Position numbers and translations under genes: made by a program. The notes beneath the pieces were generated by a model. The model saw only the letters and a list, made by a program, of their open reading frames with translations. It did no database searches and had not been told where the DNA came from. From IMG/VR virus record IMGVR_UViG_2585427738_000003: 15,598 nt of DNA, one strand, 5' to 3'. The DNA is from a virus. Lineage: Duplodnaviria > Heunggongvirae > Uroviricota > Caudoviricetes. Each line of letters opens with the position of its first letter. The first letter of the stretch is position 1. Below are positions 9,780-15,598 of the stretch, one piece after another.

Positions 9780-9935
9780 TTACTCCTCAGGTTCGTAAGC
9801 TGTGAAGACAGCGACCTCCGTCTGGCCGGTTCGGATTCGTACCTCGCAGAGGTCTTTCCTCGTTACCAGTGCCGTCACTATGACGGTTAAACAGATGACG
9901 ATCAGGGCGATTAACATCGCCTTTTGCTGCTTCAT
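9780..9935 (-). CDS. hokD: Hok-family membrane toxin HokD/RelF (51 aa)
   Basis: Hand translation gives MKQQKAMLIALIVICLTVIVTALVTRKDLCEVRIRTGQTEVAVFTAYEPEE, a typical Hok toxin with N-terminal transmembrane helix and conserved C-terminus. Below the track size cut-off. Downstream of relE on the same strand. Confidence 0.85.
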   Translation of the reverse strand: MKQQKAMLIALIVICLTVIVTALVTRKDLCEVRIRTGQTEVAVFTAYEPEE

Positions 9936-10006
9936 AGCCTGCTTCTCCTGTCAACGCAAAGCAGAAGTGTCACCTTCGGTGCGAAACAGAGATGTCATGC
10001 TTTGGT

Positions 10007-10294
10007 TCAGAGAATGCGTTTGACCGCCTCGCTATATACTTCCGAGCGTTCTCTTTTCCCAACAGAAATCACGAAAACGACAACTTTCTCGTCTATAACC
10101 TGGTATACAAGGCGATAGCCTGAAGACCGGAGCTTAATCTTGTAACAATCAGGCATACCACGGAGCTTGTTTGCTTCAATCCGGGGTGACTCAAGTACTT
10201 CAACCAGCTTCTTTTTCAACTGTTCACGTACCGTCGAGCCCAGCTTTCGCCATTCCTTTAGTGCCCGCTCGTCAAAATCCAGAAAATACGCCAT
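10007..10294 (-). CDS. relE: RelE mRNA-interferase toxin (95 aa)
   Basis: MAYFLDFDERALKEWRKLGSTVREQLKKKLVEVLESPRIEANKLRGMPDCYKIKLRSSGYRLVYQVIDEKVVVFVISVGKRERSEVYSEAVKRIL; start overlaps the relB stop. Confidence 0.9.
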   Translation of the reverse strand: MAYFLDFDERALKEWRKLGSTVREQLKKKLVEVLESPRIEANKLRGMPDCYKIKLRSSGYRLVYQVIDEKVVVFVISVGKRERSEVYSEAVKRIL

Positions 10295-10533
10295 CAGAGT
10301 TCATCCAGCGTCACACGTACTGGCTTAGGATTACGAAGCCGTTCTTTCACTATCTCCACAAGTTCAGCATCTTCATCACTCAGGAGTGTCTGTTTGAACG
10401 GCAAGCGTTCATTGTCAGCGATATACTCGAGCATGAGACGAAGCGCTTCAGAAGGAGTTACACCCATTTTTTCAAGCGCGGCGTAAGAACGCGCTTTAAG
10501 TTCATCGTCAATACGCAGGTTAATGCTACCCAT
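10294..10533 (-). CDS. relB: RelB antitoxin (79 aa)
   Basis: MGSINLRIDDELKARSYAALEKMGVTPSEALRLMLEYIADNERLPFKQTLLSDEDAELVEIVKERLRNPKPVRVTLDEL has a ribbon-helix-helix-like N-terminus; immediately upstream of and overlapping relE. Confidence 0.9.
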   Translation of the reverse strand: MGSINLRIDDELKARSYAALEKMGVTPSEALRLMLEYIADNERLPFKQTLLSDEDAELVEIVKERLRNPKPVRVTLDEL

Positions 10534-10544
10534 GTCTTACACCT

Positions 10545-10570
10545 CTTGTAATTACAAATGTCATTACAAG
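10545..10570. promoter_or_regulatory. relBE operator-like near-palindrome (relO) in the relB promoter region
   Basis: CTTGTAATTACAAATGTCATTACAAG contains the perfect palindrome TTGTAATTACAA (10546-10557) and a related repeat TGTCATTACAA, 12-37 bp upstream of the relB start codon. Confidence 0.6.
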
Positions 10571-10759
10571 TATCGCACTACAACATGCTTAGGGCAAGTC
10601 ACGAAGGAAGTCAGAAAGTAGTCGTAAGAACGGTGATCACTGTCCGCTTTGTGCCAGGAGCAGCCATTGCTAAGTCCATCCTGTATTGTGCAGGTCAGCT
10701 CGTTTTTAAAGAGTCCGGCCATCATCTTACTGGTACAGACACCATATACTTTGTGACGG

Positions 10760-10894
10760 TCAGGCTAGACGCATCGCGCGACCTTCGGGAACTAAATCCC
10801 CTTTCCAGCTATAAAGCGAAGCCAAACGAATACCTGCTGCTTGTGCAAGTTTTGTTTTTGAACCGAAATACAAAAGAGCGTCAGTTTTAAGCAT
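10760..10894 (-). CDS. dicC: DicC-like (Cro-like) regulator, only 44 codons here, possibly truncated
   Basis: Minus-strand ATG at 10892-10894, divergent from dicA; MLKTDALLYFGSKTKLAQAAGIRLASLYSWKGDLVPEGRAMRLA then TGA. I recall DicC as about 76 aa with the same N-terminus, so the 3' portion appears absent or replaced. Below the track size cut-off. Confidence 0.55.
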   Translation of the reverse strand: MLKTDALLYFGSKTKLAQAAGIRLASLYSWKGDLVPEGRAMRLA

Positions 10895-10911
10895 TTAAAA
10901 CACCTTTACTG

Positions 10912-10975
10912 TTAGTTATAACTAACAAGATAGATGTTAACAAAAACATAGTCAATACGATTTAGCATTAGCTAA
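10912..10975. promoter_or_regulatory. dicC-dicA divergent promoter/operator region with two TTAG-N6-CTAA sites
   Basis: Perfect 14-bp palindrome TTAGTTATAACTAA (10912-10925) and TTAGCATTAGCTAA (10962-10975) share TTAG...CTAA half-sites, lying between divergent dicC-like and dicA starts; the second abuts the dicA ATG. Confidence 0.45.
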
Positions 10976-10977
10976 CT

Positions 10978-11385
10978 ATGGAAACAAAAAATTTAACTAT
11001 CGGCGAACGCATCAGGTATCGTCGGAAAAACCTCAAACACACCCAAAGGTCTCTTGCTAAAGCCCTGAAAATCTCCCATGTGTCTGTATCACAATGGGAA
11101 CGGGGTGATAGTGAACCTACAGGGAAGAACCTTTTTGCCCTCAGCAAAGTATTGCAATGCTCACCAACATGGATTCTATTTGGCGATGAAGACAAGCAAC
11201 CAACACCACCTGTTGAGAAGCCAGTTGCCTTATCCCCCAAAGAACTAGAGCTCCTTGAGCTGTTTAATGCACTGCCAGAATCAGAACAGGATACCCAGCT
11301 CGCCGAAATGCGAGCTCGAGTAAAAAACTTCAATAAACTCTTTGAAGAATTACTAAAAGCCCGTCAGCGGACAAATAAAAGATAA
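10978..11385 (+). CDS. dicA: DicA repressor (XRE-family HTH, phage C2-like), 135 aa
   Basis: METKNLTIGERIRYRRKNLKHTQRSLAKALKISHVSVSQWERGDSEPTGKNLFALSKVLQCSP... has a classic XRE helix-turn-helix (QRSLAKALKISHVSVSQWERG). Confidence 0.9.
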   Translation: METKNLTIGERIRYRRKNLKHTQRSLAKALKISHVSVSQWERGDSEPTGKNLFALSKVLQCSPTWILFGDEDKQPTPPVEKPVALSPKELELLELFNALPESEQDTQLAEMRARVKNFNKLFEELLKARQRTNKR

Positions 11386-11551
11386 CATCATCAATGAGTT
11401 ATCTTTTACCACATCAATTATGTTAGCTATAGCATACAAAATCACTTGACCGATATGTTAGTCATGGCTAATCTTGTTTGCATCAACACACCGCACGGTG
11501 TTCTCAGCAAACAGTTCCGCTACCCCAGCGTTAAGGGGAAATGAGGTCAGC

Positions 11552-11707
11552 ATGGATACTATCGATCTTGGCAACAACGAATCTCTGGTGTACGGCGTGT
11601 TTCCAAACCAGGACGGCACGTTCACCGCAATGACGTATACCAAAAGCAAAACGTTTAAAACCGAAAATGGTGCCCGTCGCTGGCTGGAAAGAAACTCAGG
11701 TGAGTGA
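11552..11707 (+). CDS. ydfA: YdfA-like small protein (51 aa)
   Basis: ATG at 11552 with GAGGT about 4 nt upstream; MDTIDLGNNESLVYGVFPNQDGTFTAMTYTKSKTFKTENGARRWLERNSGE. The track ORF starts earlier at 11474. Confidence 0.75.
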   Translation: MDTIDLGNNESLVYGVFPNQDGTFTAMTYTKSKTFKTENGARRWLERNSGE

Positions 11708-11708
11708 T

Positions 11709-12284
11709 ATGGATTTCGACACAATCATGGAAAAGGCTTACGAAGAATACTTCGAAGGCCTTGCCGAAGGCGAAGAAGCTCTCAGCTTCAGTGAGTTTAA
11801 ACAGGCACTCAGAATAAGAATGTGCTCTCACAATGACGCGGAGCACAAATATGAGAAGCAAAATCAGACCGCAGAAAATTTTGTTCTGGAACCCGGAGAA
11901 ACGCTTTTCAAAATTCCCGTTACGTGCCCCATTTGCGGTTTTACATCAGAAGAACTTGACGACTCCTGTAACAATCAGGAAACAACCAAGTATGTCGAAG
12001 ATGATACCGAGTGCGCACGAAGAACGATTATATCCACGAGTCCAAACTCCAGGACCAATAAATCTCACTATGAGAGGGTGATTAATCCACTCCCCCAAAC
12101 CAATAAAAAAGATGCCGGAGGACAAAAAACCCAATGGAACAACGGGATATCTGTCAAAAAAAGACGTTCCATTAAAGACAAACAACGCAGCGCCAACAAC
12201 TGTAAGCGCTTTATACCAGTAATCAATTTTCATGTTCTTAAGCGGATTTATTGGTGGTTGCGACATTGCTTAATGAATCCTTAA
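11709..12284 (+). CDS. 191-codon ORF covering the ydfB/ydfC region; cysteine-rich middle, basic C-terminus
   Basis: ATG at 11709, one nucleotide after the ydfA stop (TGA-T-ATG); MDFDTIMEKAYEEYFEGLAEGEEALSFSEFKQALRIRMCSHNDAEHKYEKQNQTAENFVLEPGETLFKIPVTCPICGFTSEELDDSC... then a Lys/Arg-rich tail. The frame is open for 191 codons. The track ORF (11667) starts at an upstream GTG. Confidence 0.5.
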   Translation: MDFDTIMEKAYEEYFEGLAEGEEALSFSEFKQALRIRMCSHNDAEHKYEKQNQTAENFVLEPGETLFKIPVTCPICGFTSEELDDSCNNQETTKYVEDDTECARRTIISTSPNSRTNKSHYERVINPLPQTNKKDAGGQKTQWNNGISVKKRRSIKDKQRSANNCKRFIPVINFHVLKRIYWWLRHCLMNP

Positions 12285-12543
12285 AACTGTGGTGATTTTA
12301 AGGATACCACCTCGCCTGACGTGGTTAAAAGCAGGCACACAACACGAAAGCGCACGGCGAAGTTCGTCTCACTGTACGGTGTCGTTAAATTTAATTCGAC
12401 CGTGCGCTTCCGGTTGTGGCAACCCGCAAAATGGCGCGGCGGTAAGTATGGCGGGGTTATTCCTTCCCCGTTGAGGACACCGGGTTGTCAGGTTGACCAT
12501 ACGCTTAAGTGACAACCCCGCTGCAACGCCCTCTGTTATCAAT

Positions 12544-12601
12544 TTTCTGGTGACGTTTGGCGGTATCAGTTTTACTCCGTGACTGCTCTGCCGCCCTTTT
12601 T
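12544..12601 (+). ncRNA. dicF: DicF small regulatory RNA (ftsZ-targeting sRNA processed from the dicA-operon transcript)
   Basis: TTTCTGGTGACGTTTGGCGGTATCAGTTTTACTCCGTGACTGCTCUGCCGCCC followed by TTTTT matches the DicF sequence as I recall it, including the GGCGG...CCGCC terminator stem and U-tail. Confidence 0.85.
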
Positions 12602-12607
12602 AAAGTG

Positions 12608-12751
12608 AATTTTGTGATGCGGTGAATACGGCTAAGCGCACGCGGAACAGTTAAAACCAAAAACAGTGTTATGGGTGGATTCTCTGTATCCGACGTTAAT
12701 TGTTAACTGGTTAACGTCACCTGGAGGCACCAGGCACTGCATCACAAAATT
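12608..12751. repeat. 13-bp perfect inverted repeat (AATTTTGTGATGC at 12608-12620; GCATCACAAAATT at 12739-12751) bracketing the dicF-dicB spacer
   Basis: The arms are exact reverse complements; the left arm starts 7 nt after the dicF U-tail and the right arm ends 20 nt before the dicB ATG. Confidence 0.8.
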
Positions 12752-12770
12752 CATTGTTGAGGACGCGATA

Positions 12771-12959
12771 ATGAAAACGTTATTACCAAACGTTAATACG
12801 TCTGAAGGTTGTTTTGAAATTGGTGTCACTATCAGTAACCCTGTATTTACTGAAGATGCCATTAACAAGAGAAAACAAGAACGGGAGCTATTAAATAAAA
12901 TATGCATTGTTTCAATGCTGGCTCGTTTACGTCTGATGCCAAAAGGATGTGCACAATGA
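12771..12959 (+). CDS. dicB: DicB cell-division inhibitor (62 aa)
   Basis: ATG at 12771 with GAGGA 7 nt upstream; MKTLLPNVNTSEGCFEIGVTISNPVFTEDAINKRKQERELLNKICIVSMLARLRLMPKGCAQ. The track ORF starts earlier at 12666. Confidence 0.9.
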   Translation: MKTLLPNVNTSEGCFEIGVTISNPVFTEDAINKRKQERELLNKICIVSMLARLRLMPKGCAQ

Positions 12960-13147
12960 ATTCAGCATTTGCGCTTGTTCTGACAGTTTTTCTTGTTTCC
13001 GGAGTGCCAGTTGATATTGCAGTCAGTGTTCACAGGACAATTCAGGAGTGTATGACTGCAGCAACCGAACAGAAAATTCCCGGTAACTGTTACCCGGTCG
13101 ATAAAGTTATTCACCAGGATAATATCGAAATCCCGGCAGGTCTTTAA
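12956..13147 (+). CDS. ydfD: YdfD small membrane lysis protein (63 aa)
   Basis: ATG overlaps the dicB stop (ATGA); MNSAFALVLTVFLVSGVPVDIAVSVHRTIQECMTAATEQKIPGNCYPVDKVIHQDNIEIPAGL has an N-terminal transmembrane helix. Confidence 0.85.
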   Translation: MNSAFALVLTVFLVSGVPVDIAVSVHRTIQECMTAATEQKIPGNCYPVDKVIHQDNIEIPAGL

Positions 13148-13240
13148 AACAGTTCCGTAATAAATATCCGGTTTCATTCTTATATGCCAGCAATGGCAGG
13201 GATTTGTTCATCCTTAAATCTGTCATGAGGTTAAAACAAA

Positions 13241-15181
13241 ATGAGTAAAGTCTTTATTTGCGCCGCTATTCCTGACGAACTGGCAACAAGGGAAGAAGGC
13301 GCTGTGGCTGTAGCCACAGCCATTGAAGCTGGCGACGAACGCCGTGCTCGAGCAAAATTTCACTGGCAGTTCCTGGAACATTATCCGGCTGCTCAGGACT
13401 GCGCTTATAAATTTATTGTCTGCGAGGATAAACCTGGCATACCCCGCCCTGCCCTCGATTCATGGGATGCTGAATATATGCAGGAAAACCGCTGGGATGA
13501 GGAGTCTGCTTCTTTTGTCCCGGTTGAGACTGAATCCGATCCGATGAACGTCACTTTTGACAAGCTGGCCCCTGAAGTACAGAACGCTGTCATGGTTAAG
13601 TTCGACACATGTGAAAACATCACCGTTGATATGGTTATTAGCGCACAGGAATTGTTGCAGGAAGACATGGCAACATTCGACGGACATATCGTTGAAGCGT
13701 TGATGAAAATGCCAGAAGTTAACGCCATGTATCCGGAGCTTAAGTTGCACGCCATTGGGTGGGTTAAGCATAAATGTATTCCTGGTGCTAAATGGCCCGA
13801 AATTCAGGCAGAGATGCGCATCTGGAAAAAACGTCGCGAAGGTGAACGCAAGGAAACCGGAAAATACACGTCTGTTGTTGATCTCGCCCGCGCCAGAGCC
13901 AATCAACAGTACACTGAAAATTCAACAGGAAAAATCAACCCGGTCATTGCTGCCATTCATCGCGAATACAAGCAGACATGGAAAACACTGGATGACGAAC
14001 TGGCCTACGCTCTCTGGCCTGGTGATGTGGATGCCGGAAACATTGACGGCAGCATCCATCGCTGGGCAAAAAAAGAAGTTATCGACAACGACCGCGAAGA
14101 CTGGAAGCGTATCTCGGCATCAATGCGCAAACAGCCTGATGCCCTTCGCTACGACCGCCAAACTATTTTTGGCCTTGTCCGTGAGCGTCCGATCGACATT
14201 CACAAAGATCCCGTAGCACTGAACAAATATATCTGCGAATACCTGACGACAAAGGGCGTGTTTGAGAATGAAGAAACAGACCTGGGCACTGTTGATGTTC
14301 TCCAGTCATCAGAAACACAAACTGATGCAGTGGAAACGGAAATACCAGACAACGAAAAAACCGAATGCAAAGTGGAAGTCGAACCATCTGTAGAACGTGA
14401 GGGGCCGTTCTACTTCCTCTTCACCGACAAGGACGGAGAAAAATACGGTCGCGCAAACAAACTTTCTGGTCTGGATAAGGCACTGGCTGCTGGCGCCACT
14501 GAAATCACAAAAGAAGAATATTTTGCCCGAAAAAATGGCACATACACGGGCTTACCGCAAAATGTAGATACCGCTGAAGATTCAGAACAACCAGAGCCGA
14601 TAAAAGTTACCGCTGACGAAGTAAACAAAATTATGCAGGCAGCCAATATCAGCCAGCCTGACGCCGATAAGTTGCTTGCTGCATCACGTGGTGAATTTGT
14701 TGAAGGGATTAGCGACCCGAATGATCCGAAATGGGTTAAGGGGATCCAGACCCGCGATTCTGCGAACCAGAACCAGCAAGAAACGGAACAGAACGACCAG
14801 AAAGCGGAACAAAACAGCCCAAATACGCAACAAAACGAGCCAGAAACGAAACAACCTGAACCAGTAGTGCAACAGGAACCGGAAAAGATCTGCACCGCCT
14901 GCGGTCAGAGCGGCGGCGGCAACTGCCCTGATTGTGGCGCGGTGATGGGCGACGCAACATACCAAGAAACATTCGATGAAGAGTATCAGGTTGAAGTTCA
15001 GGAAGATGATCCGGAGGAAATGGAAGGCGCTGAACATCCACACAAGGAGAACACTGGCGGCAATCAGCATCACAACAGCGATAATGAAACTGGCGAGACG
15101 GCAGATCACCCAATTAAGGTGAACGGTCATCACAAAATCACATCCACCAGCAGACGGGGACCATCTAATGATCGACCTTGA
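13241..15181 (+). CDS. ydfE: Large acidic protein (646 aa), YdfE-like; C-terminal CxxC-x11-CxxC zinc ribbon flanked by low-complexity Q/E/N-rich segments
   Basis: ATG at 13241 with GAGG about 10 nt upstream; the N-terminus [20 protein letters not shown]... matches what I recall of the Qin YdfE fragment. C-terminal region has [32 protein letters not shown], then [16 protein letters not shown], then an acidic His-rich tail. I recognise no catalytic motif. Confidence 0.7.
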   Translation: MSKVFICAAIPDELATREEGAVAVATAIEAGDERRARAKFHWQFLEHYPAAQDCAYKFIVCEDKPGIPRPALDSWDAEYMQENRWDEESASFVPVETESDPMNVTFDKLAPEVQNAVMVKFDTCENITVDMVISAQELLQEDMATFDGHIVEALMKMPEVNAMYPELKLHAIGWVKHKCIPGAKWPEIQAEMRIWKKRREGERKETGKYTSVVDLARARANQQYTENSTGKINPVIAAIHREYKQTWKTLDDELAYALWPGDVDAGNIDGSIHRWAKKEVIDNDREDWKRISASMRKQPDALRYDRQTIFGLVRERPIDIHKDPVALNKYICEYLTTKGVFENEETDLGTVDVLQSSETQTDAVETEIPDNEKTECKVEVEPSVEREGPFYFLFTDKDGEKYGRANKLSGLDKALAAGATEITKEEYFARKNGTYTGLPQNVDTAEDSEQPEPIKVTADEVNKIMQAANISQPDADKLLAASRGEFVEGISDPNDPKWVKGIQTRDSANQNQQETEQNDQKAEQNSPNTQQNEPETKQPEPVVQQEPEKICTACGQSGGGNCPDCGAVMGDATYQETFDEEYQVEVQEDDPEEMEGAEHPHKENTGGNQHHNSDNETGETADHPIKVNGHHKITSTSRRGPSNDRP

Positions 15182-15598
15182 AACCATGGGAAAAAATCCC
15201 GATGCCCCGATCATCTCAATAGGTGCAATATTTTTCGATCCGCAAACCGGAGATATGGGACCGGAATTTAGTAAGACTATCGATCTGGAAACTGCTGGCG
15301 GAGTCATTGATCGGGACACCATTAAATGGTGGCTTAAACAATCACGCGAAGCGCAATCTGCCATTATGACCGATGAAATCCCGTTAGATGATGCACTGTT
15401 ACAATTGCGGGAATTTATCGACGAAAACTCCGGTGAATTTTTTGTTCAGGTCTGGGGAAATGGAGCCAACTTCGACAACACGATTTTGCGCCGTTCATAC
15501 GAACGGCAGGGGATCCCCTGCCCGTGGCGTTACTACAACGATCGCGATGTACGCACAATCGTTGAGCTGGGGAAAGCCATAGACTTCGATGCCAGAAC
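15168..15598 (+). CDS. DnaQ-like (DEDD family) 3'-5' exonuclease, 5' partial (runs off window end)
   Basis: ATG at 15168 overlapping the preceding stop by 14 nt in the +1 frame. Hand translation [34 protein letters not shown]...[40 protein letters not shown]... contains Exo I (D-L-E-T) and Exo II (NGANFD) motifs. Absent from the ORF track because no stop is reached. Confidence 0.7.
   Translation, partial: MIDLETMGKNPDAPIISIGAIFFDPQTGDMGPEFSKTIDLETAGGVIDRDTIKWWLKQSREAQSAIMTDEIPLDDALLQLREFIDENSGEFFVQVWGNGANFDNTILRRSYERQGIPCPWRYYNDRDVRTIVELGKAIDFDAR

Noticed and set aside
10585-10890. Plus-strand ORF (track 10558-10890; 101 codons from the Met at 10585) that might be ydfV
   Set aside because: Its 3' 130 nt are fully antisense to the dicC-like ORF and the track start lies inside the relB operator. 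I cannot recognise the protein; the size match to my recollection of YdfV may be coincidental, so I left it uncalled.
11458-12266. Alternative-frame ORFs (88, 68, 82 and 106 aa) overlapping ydfA and the 191-codon ORF
   Set aside because: Shadow ORFs of the longer, translationally coupled reading frame; not independently supported.
12289-12512. Two short plus-strand ORFs (61 and 63 aa) just upstream of dicF
   Set aside because: They fall in the region expected to be the structured DicF precursor; no ribosome-binding sites; odd composition.
14410-15364. Long minus-strand ORFs (161, 226 and 125 aa) antisense to the 3' end of the 646-aa gene
   Set aside because: They lie opposite the low-complexity Q/E/N-rich coding region, which generates stop-poor antisense frames; products are Cys/Phe/Leu-rich low-complexity sequences without a ribosome-binding site.
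15388-15582. 64-aa ORF near the window end
   Set aside because: Out-of-frame shadow inside the DnaQ-like exonuclease gene, whose frame carries the catalytic motifs.

Overview
This window reads as a segment of an E. coli Qin-like (phage 21/82-type lambdoid) cryptic prophage; every gene name below comes from my own reading and recall of the translations, not from a database search. Left to right: a rearranged IS66-family transposase remnant (1-633); a moron block (ydfO, gnsB, ynfN, cspI); a complete minus-strand lysis cassette (pinholin essQ, ydfR, SAR endolysin rrrQ, spanins rzpQ/rzoQ); a small zinc-ribbon ORF; divergent cold-shock genes cspB/cspF; the late antiterminator quuQ with ydfU and rem; an unnamed 83-aa ORF; the relB-relE-hokD toxin-antitoxin operon with its operator and terminator; a dicC-like/dicA immunity switch; and the rightward dicA-ydfA-ydfBC-dicF-dicB-ydfD operon. 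The window ends with a 646-aa acidic zinc-ribbon protein (YdfE-like) overlapped by a 5' partial DnaQ-type 3'-5' exonuclease gene. I did not find an unambiguous novel system. The most interesting candidates are the YdfE-like/exonuclease pair, an apparently truncated dicC with a compressed relB-dicA interval, a single 191-codon ORF where I recall two short genes (ydfB, ydfC), a 13-bp perfect inverted repeat bracketing the dicF-dicB spacer, and the tightly coupled rem-ydfU pair ending in an HNH-like motif. The supplied ORF track accepts GTG/TTG starts, so several of my start coordinates are re-derived and differ from it.
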